The notes beneath the pieces are model-generated. The model was given only the letters and a program-made list of their open reading frames with translations. It did not search any database and had not been told where the DNA came from. The translations under genes were made by a program, and so were the position numbers. Shown piece after piece: positions 58,483 to 64,000 of a DNA stretch of 64,000 nucleotides. Every line of letters begins with the position of its first letter. Position 1 is the first letter of the stretch. The stretch covers positions 128,001-192,000 of the forward strand of contig JBFWJS010000006.1 of NCBI GenBank assembly GCA_050253075.1, read 5' to 3'. Origin of the DNA: Deferribacterales bacterium. GTDB lineage: Bacteria; Chrysiogenota; Deferribacteres; Deferribacterales; Geovibrionaceae.

Positions 58483-59154
58483 ATGATAAAAGTCCTGGTA
58501 ATTGAAGACCACGAAGAGATAAGAGACCTCATCTCTTATAACCTCGGCAAGGAAAGCTTTGAGACCATTTGTTTCGATAACGCAAACGAAGGGCTTATCC
58601 ACCTTGAGAACAACGATGTGGATATCATCCTTCTCGACCTTATGCTCCCCGGACTGAAAGGGATGCAGTTCCTTCAGATAGTCAGAAACAACAAAAAATA
58701 CTCCGGCGTGCCTATCATCATCATCTCAGCGAAAAACACTGAGCAGGACATCATAAACGGACTGGAGATGGGCGCAGACGACTACCTCACAAAGCCGTTC
58801 TCCATAAAGATACTGATAGCGAAGATAAACGCTATCCTCCGCAGAAACCCTGCGATAAAGTCTAAGGTGATATCCATCAACGGCATCAACATAGACACAA
58901 ACAACTATGTAGTAACCGTAGACGGTGAAGAGGTCAGCCTCACTAATAAAGAATATGAACTGCTTCAGCTGCTCCTTAAGCATCCGAAGAGAGTATTCAC
59001 CAGAAACCAGATACTGAACGCCGTATGGGGTTATGAATCTGATGTTTATACCAGAACGGTAGACACGCACGTCTCTTCCCTCCGCAAAAAGCTGGGAACC
59101 AGAGGCGCATTTATAAAATCAGTGCCTAAAATAGGATACAGAGCAGACATATGA
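58483..59154 (+). CDS. phoB: PhoB/OmpR-family response regulator
   Basis: LDLMLP, GADDYLTKPF, RTVDTHVSSLRKKL; context. Confidence 0.85.
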   Translation: MIKVLVIEDHEEIRDLISYNLGKESFETICFDNANEGLIHLENNDVDIILLDLMLPGLKGMQFLQIVRNNKKYSGVPIIIISAKNTEQDIINGLEMGADDYLTKPFSIKILIAKINAILRRNPAIKSKVISINGINIDTNNYVVTVDGEEVSLTNKEYELLQLLLKHPKRVFTRNQILNAVWGYESDVYTRTVDTHVSSLRKKLGTRGAFIKSVPKIGYRADI

Positions 59155-60869
59155 GATCTTTTATCAAAGTTTTTCTTATCATTTACATACCCATAGCAAT
59201 ACTGCTGGGCATCACATGGAACATAACAGACAAGCTCACTCTGGAAAACGCAGAGAAAGAGCTTCAGCATGAAATGGTCACAAAGGCCGAGATACTCAAA
59301 GGGTATGACCTGCAGAATATCTTTGATGAAGAGCTCCATAACAAATTTACGCTTATATCCAAAAACTCTAAGCTGAGAATAACAGTCATCAGAAAAGACG
59401 GCTTTGTCGTCGATGACTCATACTATACCCCTGATCAGGTTTCCCAGATGGAAAACCACGCACACAGACCCGAGGTAAAAGAAGCATTTGAGACAGGCTC
59501 AGGCAGCATTATAAGACGAAGCACAACGACAGAAGAGCGCATGTATTACTACGCCAGTAAATACAGCGACAGCCTAGTCGTGCGTATCTCATACCCTATG
59601 GCATACATAGAGTCCCTCCGTGCAGACATGCTGAAGCAGAACCTTACTGTATACTTCATCATGATATTCATGGTCGGTCTGCTGACAATATACCTCGCAA
59701 GGCGCATCAACAGCCCTATACAGCAGCTTTCTATCATCGCAGATAAGATCGAAGCGGGCGAGACAAAGATCTACTTCCCGTCTTTCAGAGACAAGACGAT
59801 CACAAAGCTCGTCAGTGTTATATACCGAATATATAACTCTATGAACCAAAAGACAAAACAGCTCGAGCAGGAAAAGAAGAAGCTCAACCACATATTCTCC
59901 ATCCTCGATGAAGGTATCGTGCTGCTCGATGCAAAAAACAATGTAAAACACTATAACAACACAGCAATAGAAAACCTCGGCATAAACCTCCAGCAGGATA
60001 AAAATGTGCTGACACAGACAAACAATGTGGACGCCCTCTCCTTCTTCTCCGAAGTGCTCTCACACGAAGAGGACTCACGTCTGCAGAAAGAGCATAAAGG
60101 CAGAATATACGAAGTTTATGTGAGAATATTCGAATCTGAAAAGCTGATAGTATTCTTCGACATTACAGAGCGTGCCGAATACGAACAGTTCAAAGCGGAG
60201 CTGATAGGCAACATCACCCACGAGCTCAAAACACCGCTCGCAATGATTATGGGCTATTCCGAAACTATCATGAACGACCCTGAGATGGATCCGAAGTTCC
60301 ATGATAAATTCATCAATATAATATACAACAGCTCAAACAGGCTGAATGTACTGATAAACGACATCCTCCATCTGCATAAGCTCGAAATGCTGCAGGACAG
60401 CATAAAGGTCGAAGAGCCCACAGTGATCAGCGACATGAACGAAGAGATAACCACATACTATGCAGACAGACCTAAGGATGTGCAGATAGAAGCCGTCACA
60501 GGCGAGATATTCGTAAACAGAGAACACATAATGAGCGTTATCACAAACCTTATAGACAACGCTATGAAATATTCCAAAGGCGACCACATTCACCTCAGCA
60601 TTGAGAAAGACTCCGAATATGTCGTTGTAAAAGTTGCTGACCACGGACCTGTCATCCCCGCGGGCGAGCAGGAACGCATTTTCGAGCGTTTCTACACACT
60701 GGAAAAGTCCAAGAACCAAAACCAGACAGGAACAGGACTCGGTCTTTCTATCGTGAAACATATAGCGACACTTTACAAAGGCTCTGCAAGGGTCGAGTCA
60801 AATGAGAGAGGCGGGAACACATTTGTAGTGAAAATGAAGGAAAAACCTCCTGTCGAAGAGGAATTTTGA
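59151..60869 (+). CDS. phoR: PhoR-like sensor histidine kinase
   Basis: MENHAHRPEV periplasmic motif, HAMP/PAS, THELKTPL, NAMKY, GTGLGL. Confidence 0.88.
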   Translation: MRSFIKVFLIIYIPIAILLGITWNITDKLTLENAEKELQHEMVTKAEILKGYDLQNIFDEELHNKFTLISKNSKLRITVIRKDGFVVDDSYYTPDQVSQMENHAHRPEVKEAFETGSGSIIRRSTTTEERMYYYASKYSDSLVVRISYPMAYIESLRADMLKQNLTVYFIMIFMVGLLTIYLARRINSPIQQLSIIADKIEAGETKIYFPSFRDKTITKLVSVIYRIYNSMNQKTKQLEQEKKKLNHIFSILDEGIVLLDAKNNVKHYNNTAIENLGINLQQDKNVLTQTNNVDALSFFSEVLSHEEDSRLQKEHKGRIYEVYVRIFESEKLIVFFDITERAEYEQFKAELIGNITHELKTPLAMIMGYSETIMNDPEMDPKFHDKFINIIYNSSNRLNVLINDILHLHKLEMLQDSIKVEEPTVISDMNEEITTYYADRPKDVQIEAVTGEIFVNREHIMSVITNLIDNAMKYSKGDHIHLSIEKDSEYVVVKVADHGPVIPAGEQERIFERFYTLEKSKNQNQTGTGLGLSIVKHIATLYKGSARVESNERGGNTFVVKMKEKPPVEEEF

Positions 60870-60870
60870 T

Positions 60871-60925
60871 TCTGACAAATATTTGACATACAAGTTTTTT
60901 ACTTTTTTCTTGCAATTTTCTAACA
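60871..60925 (+). promoter_or_regulatory. Candidate Pho box upstream of the Na/Pi cotransporter
   Basis: TGACA repeats 11 bp apart (ACA at 60875, 60886) and a weaker 11-bp series at 60901, 60912, 60923. Confidence 0.5.
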
Positions 60926-60967
60926 CGTAGTTATCCTATCGCTGACTAAATTTTTGGCGGTGGTGTA

Positions 60968-62635
60968 ATGCACGAACTGAATTGGGGTGCCATACTATTT
61001 GGGTTTATCGGAGGTCTCGGTCTCTTCCTTTATGGTATGAAACTGATGTCCGAAGGTCTTCAGAAAACGGCGGGTTCCAGTCTTAAAAACATAATCGAAA
61101 AATTTACTTCCAACAGATTCATAGGTGTCATCGTAGGTACAGTTGTGACTGTTATCATACAGAGTTCATCTGCTACAACCGTCATGGTAGTCAGCTTTGT
61201 GAACGCCGGTCTGATGAACCTGTTTCAGGCTCTCAGCATCGTTCTCGGCGCAAACATAGGTACAACCATCACAGCGCAGCTTATTGCGTTTAAAATAACA
61301 AAATTTGCCCTCCCTGCCATCGGTATGGGTGTGGCTATGGCGCTCTTTTCAAAAGATGCAAAGAAGCGTTACTACGGAGAGATCATCTTAGGCTTCGGTC
61401 TCCTCTTCTTCGGTCTGGAGACAATGAAGCACGCCTTCATACCTCTGAAAGAGGCAAAGGAGTTTGCTGACCTTTTCGTATTCTTCTCTGTGAACCCTAT
61501 CGCTGCTGCTGCTGCGGGAGCCATACTCACAGTTATCGTACAGAGCTCATCAGCGACGATCGGTATCACCATAGCAATGGCTTCCACCGGTCTGCTGGAC
61601 TTCCACGCTGCCGCTGCACTTGTACTCGGTGAAAACATCGGTACGACAATAACAGCGAACCTCGCAGCCCTCGGCGGAAGCAGAACGGCGAAACAGGCGG
61701 CATTCGGTCACTTCCTTTTCAACTTCATAGGTGTGGCTTATATGCTGATGTTCCTGAGCGTACTGATACACTTCATCGATGCATACACACCGGGTGCGGT
61801 TGACTATGTCGCTGCCGACGGTACAAAGCCATACATAGCAAGGCACGTGGCGAACCTGCACACGGCGTTCAACATCATAAACATGGTGATATTCCTGCCG
61901 TTCATACACATTCTAGCGAGGCTGTGTGAAAAGATCATCAAGAGCGAATCTCCGAAAAAGAATCAGCTCCTCCGACTGGACCCTAACATGGTGAAAACAC
62001 CGTCCATCGCTATCGCTCAGGCAAAGAGCGAAGTGGAGCTTATGTCTAAGATGCCTGTGGAGATGATAAAGATCGTTCAGGAATCATTCAAAGAGAACAA
62101 ATCAAAGCTGAAGCAGGTGAAAGAGATAGAGGGAAGGCTCGACATTATGAACCACGAATTCTCATCTTTCCTTACACTGCTCACTCAGCAAAACATCTCT
62201 GAGCGCACATCCCACATCATAAACGACCTTACACACGTGATACACAACCTTGAAAAGATAGGCGACCACTCAGAAAACATCGCAAGATTCAAGGATAAGA
62301 TGCTTAAGAAAGGGCTCGATTTCAGCCCTGAGGCAAATAAAGAAATAGACAATATGATAGACGTCGTTGTTAAGTTCACCGAAGACGTCATCAAGTTCTA
62401 TAACCGTCCCGAGAGTATACACACCCTCGACACAGACGCAGAGGATCAGATAGACAGCATGAGAAAGAAGTTTAAGAACAACCACATGAAGCGTCTTTCC
62501 GAAGGAAGCTGTAACATAAACTCAGGTATTATATTCGTAGACATCATCAACAACCTCGAAAAGATAGGCGACCACGTCTATAACATCGCACAGGTCATGA
62601 TGTATTCAAAGGACGAGAGCTTACACAAGGCGTAG
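60968..62635 (+). CDS. Na+/Pi cotransporter with C-terminal PhoU-like domain
   Basis: Two QSSSAT repeats, GANIGTT/GENIGTT, EKIGDH twice. Confidence 0.93.
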   Translation: MHELNWGAILFGFIGGLGLFLYGMKLMSEGLQKTAGSSLKNIIEKFTSNRFIGVIVGTVVTVIIQSSSATTVMVVSFVNAGLMNLFQALSIVLGANIGTTITAQLIAFKITKFALPAIGMGVAMALFSKDAKKRYYGEIILGFGLLFFGLETMKHAFIPLKEAKEFADLFVFFSVNPIAAAAAGAILTVIVQSSSATIGITIAMASTGLLDFHAAAALVLGENIGTTITANLAALGGSRTAKQAAFGHFLFNFIGVAYMLMFLSVLIHFIDAYTPGAVDYVAADGTKPYIARHVANLHTAFNIINMVIFLPFIHILARLCEKIIKSESPKKNQLLRLDPNMVKTPSIAIAQAKSEVELMSKMPVEMIKIVQESFKENKSKLKQVKEIEGRLDIMNHEFSSFLTLLTQQNISERTSHIINDLTHVIHNLEKIGDHSENIARFKDKMLKKGLDFSPEANKEIDNMIDVVVKFTEDVIKFYNRPESIHTLDTDAEDQIDSMRKKFKNNHMKRLSEGSCNINSGIIFVDIINNLEKIGDHVYNIAQVMMYSKDESLHKA

Positions 62636-64000
62636 TGAGTTCCACTCCACAGGGATGCGTATCACCGCTCCCTCTTTTAAAAGAGCATTTACAAAGCCTC
62701 TTTCTGCTCCGTGCAGGAAGAGGTTTTTTGTTACCTCAACATCCTTTTTGCAGTATTCGATGATCTTGTCCATCTGCCCTTCTTTATACCATTGCAGAGC
62801 CTGAAGCCCGTCGGCAGTCTTCGCTGCGCCTATTGTCGCACCTGCCATGTTGTCCAGAGAGAATCTGCGCCCTGTCTTATTCCGCACGTCTGACAGCATG
62901 TCAAAGACGAGTGTTTTACCCAAATCTGGTATCCTGTACCCTGTGATAACCTTATTGTCGAATCCGATGTTGTTAAAGCCTATGATGCACTTCGCACCTT
63001 CCAGCCTGCTGATGAATGCCTCAGACTTCTCCTCGGTATAAACCTCGTACGCATCCTTTTCAAAGGAATATATGACCGCTGCGGATATGCCCATCTTATC
63101 GGCATTATTCCACCCGCCCACATCGTCTGCGGAGTGCTTTGTCTCTATGTCGTATACTAATATGTCTGTCCTAGGCTTTTCCACTATCTCCACGCTCTCC
63201 TTCGGCAGATGCTCACCTGAAAGGAGTGCCTCCATGAGCATCACGGCCCCCGCCTTGTCCAGAGGATAGTTCCCGCTGCCGCATTTCGGGCTGTAGATAC
63301 ACGCGGGGCATCCTGTCTCACAGTCGCAGTTTTTCACAAGGTCAAGCGTGCGCTCGATCACCTCTGTGATGCGCTGATACACCCGTTCGTTTATCCCTAT
63401 ACCGCCGGGATATCCGTCATACATGAACACCGCCGAGCTGCCAAGCTGCGGGTGATAAGGGTATGATATACCGCCTATGTCGTCACGGCTGGCGAGGTAA
63501 AATGTCGGCACGACAGATATCATAGCGTGTTCGAATGCGTGTATAGAGCCCATGAAGTCGAGCTCCGCATCGGATATCTTCGCCTTTATGCTGTCCGGAA
63601 CGAGGACGTACATCCCCTTAGTGGAGAACTGTATGGGCATCTCCTCCAGAGCTACGTCGGCTATCTTTTCCCCTGTGCGGGTGGATATCTGCGAAAACCC
63701 CGTGAGCTGCTCCGTTACACGCATACCGCAGAAGCAGGACGATATGCCGTCCTTCTCCTTTTTTGCGATGGACTGCTCCACCATAGTGTTCTTATCCGTC
63801 GTGGGCATGGTGTAATAGTTCCCTGTGAAGGGCTCTGCCTTTATGTCTTTCTTCGCCCTGTCCACGGAGCGTATTATGAAGCTGTTCCCACGGTGCAGAT
63901 AGACCGCACCTTTGAAATTCTCCATATATGCCCGTCTGCCTGACGAAGTGGCGATCAGGGTATCACCGCAATAGATATTATAATTATCGCCTGCCATGCG
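62621..64000 (-). CDS. DUF1998-containing DEAD/DEAH helicase (Hrq1/YprA-type) fused to a C-terminal RNase H-fold exonuclease; 5' part lies outside the window
   Basis: GAVYLHRG, HAFEHA, YDGYPGG.G, CDCETGCPAC; then YDIET, GFNN..FD, YCKKDV. Confidence 0.85.
   Translation of the reverse strand, partial: RMAGDNYNIYCGDTLIATSSGRRAYMENFKGAVYLHRGNSFIIRSVDRAKKDIKAEPFTGNYYTMPTTDKNTMVEQSIAKKEKDGISSCFCGMRVTEQLTGFSQISTRTGEKIADVALEEMPIQFSTKGMYVLVPDSIKAKISDAELDFMGSIHAFEHAMISVVPTFYLASRDDIGGISYPYHPQLGSSAVFMYDGYPGGIGINERVYQRITEVIERTLDLVKNCDCETGCPACIYSPKCGSGNYPLDKAGAVMLMEALLSGEHLPKESVEIVEKPRTDILVYDIETKHSADDVGGWNNADKMGISAAVIYSFEKDAYEVYTEEKSEAFISRLEGAKCIIGFNNIGFDNKVITGYRIPDLGKTLVFDMLSDVRNKTGRRFSLDNMAGATIGAAKTADGLQALQWYKEGQMDKIIEYCKKDVEVTKNLFLHGAERGFVNALLKEGAVIRIPVEWNSLRLV

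Overview
Mostly core-chromosome DNA from an anaerobic, Gram-negative bacterium. Gene content suggests Deferribacterota, but this is inference and not verified. The housekeeping blocks are mreBCD-mrdA-rodA, lysS, leuS-lptE-holA, serA, hemE-hemH-mqnP-ubiX, feoAB, coaX-birA, phoU-phoB-phoR with a Na/Pi cotransporter, and an acetate-permease cluster. Five c-di-GMP enzymes are also present. The most unusual signal is a two-part repeat system. Part one is a ~940-bp non-coding array (26563-27505) of 7 tandem 120-126-bp units, each built from three GTC-tagged hairpin repeats. Part two, 4.3 kb away, is a 383-bp low-GC cassette (31807-32189) in which a stand-alone GIY-YIG nuclease gene is bracketed by an inverted pair of the same repeat family, with compensatory stem changes. 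This cassette is inserted inside the hemE-hemH-mqnP-ubiX operon. Three full-length proteins look like pseudo-enzymes: an IscS lacking the PLP lysine, an Acs lacking the P-loop glycines and catalytic lysine, and an Asd-like protein lacking catalytic motifs. Other points of note are a second family of composite hairpin elements, a LuxR solo with a candidate upstream sRNA and lux-type box, a globin-CZB-like-EAL sensor, and candidate Fur and Pho boxes. All protein calls come from motif recognition by eye; no database searches were run.
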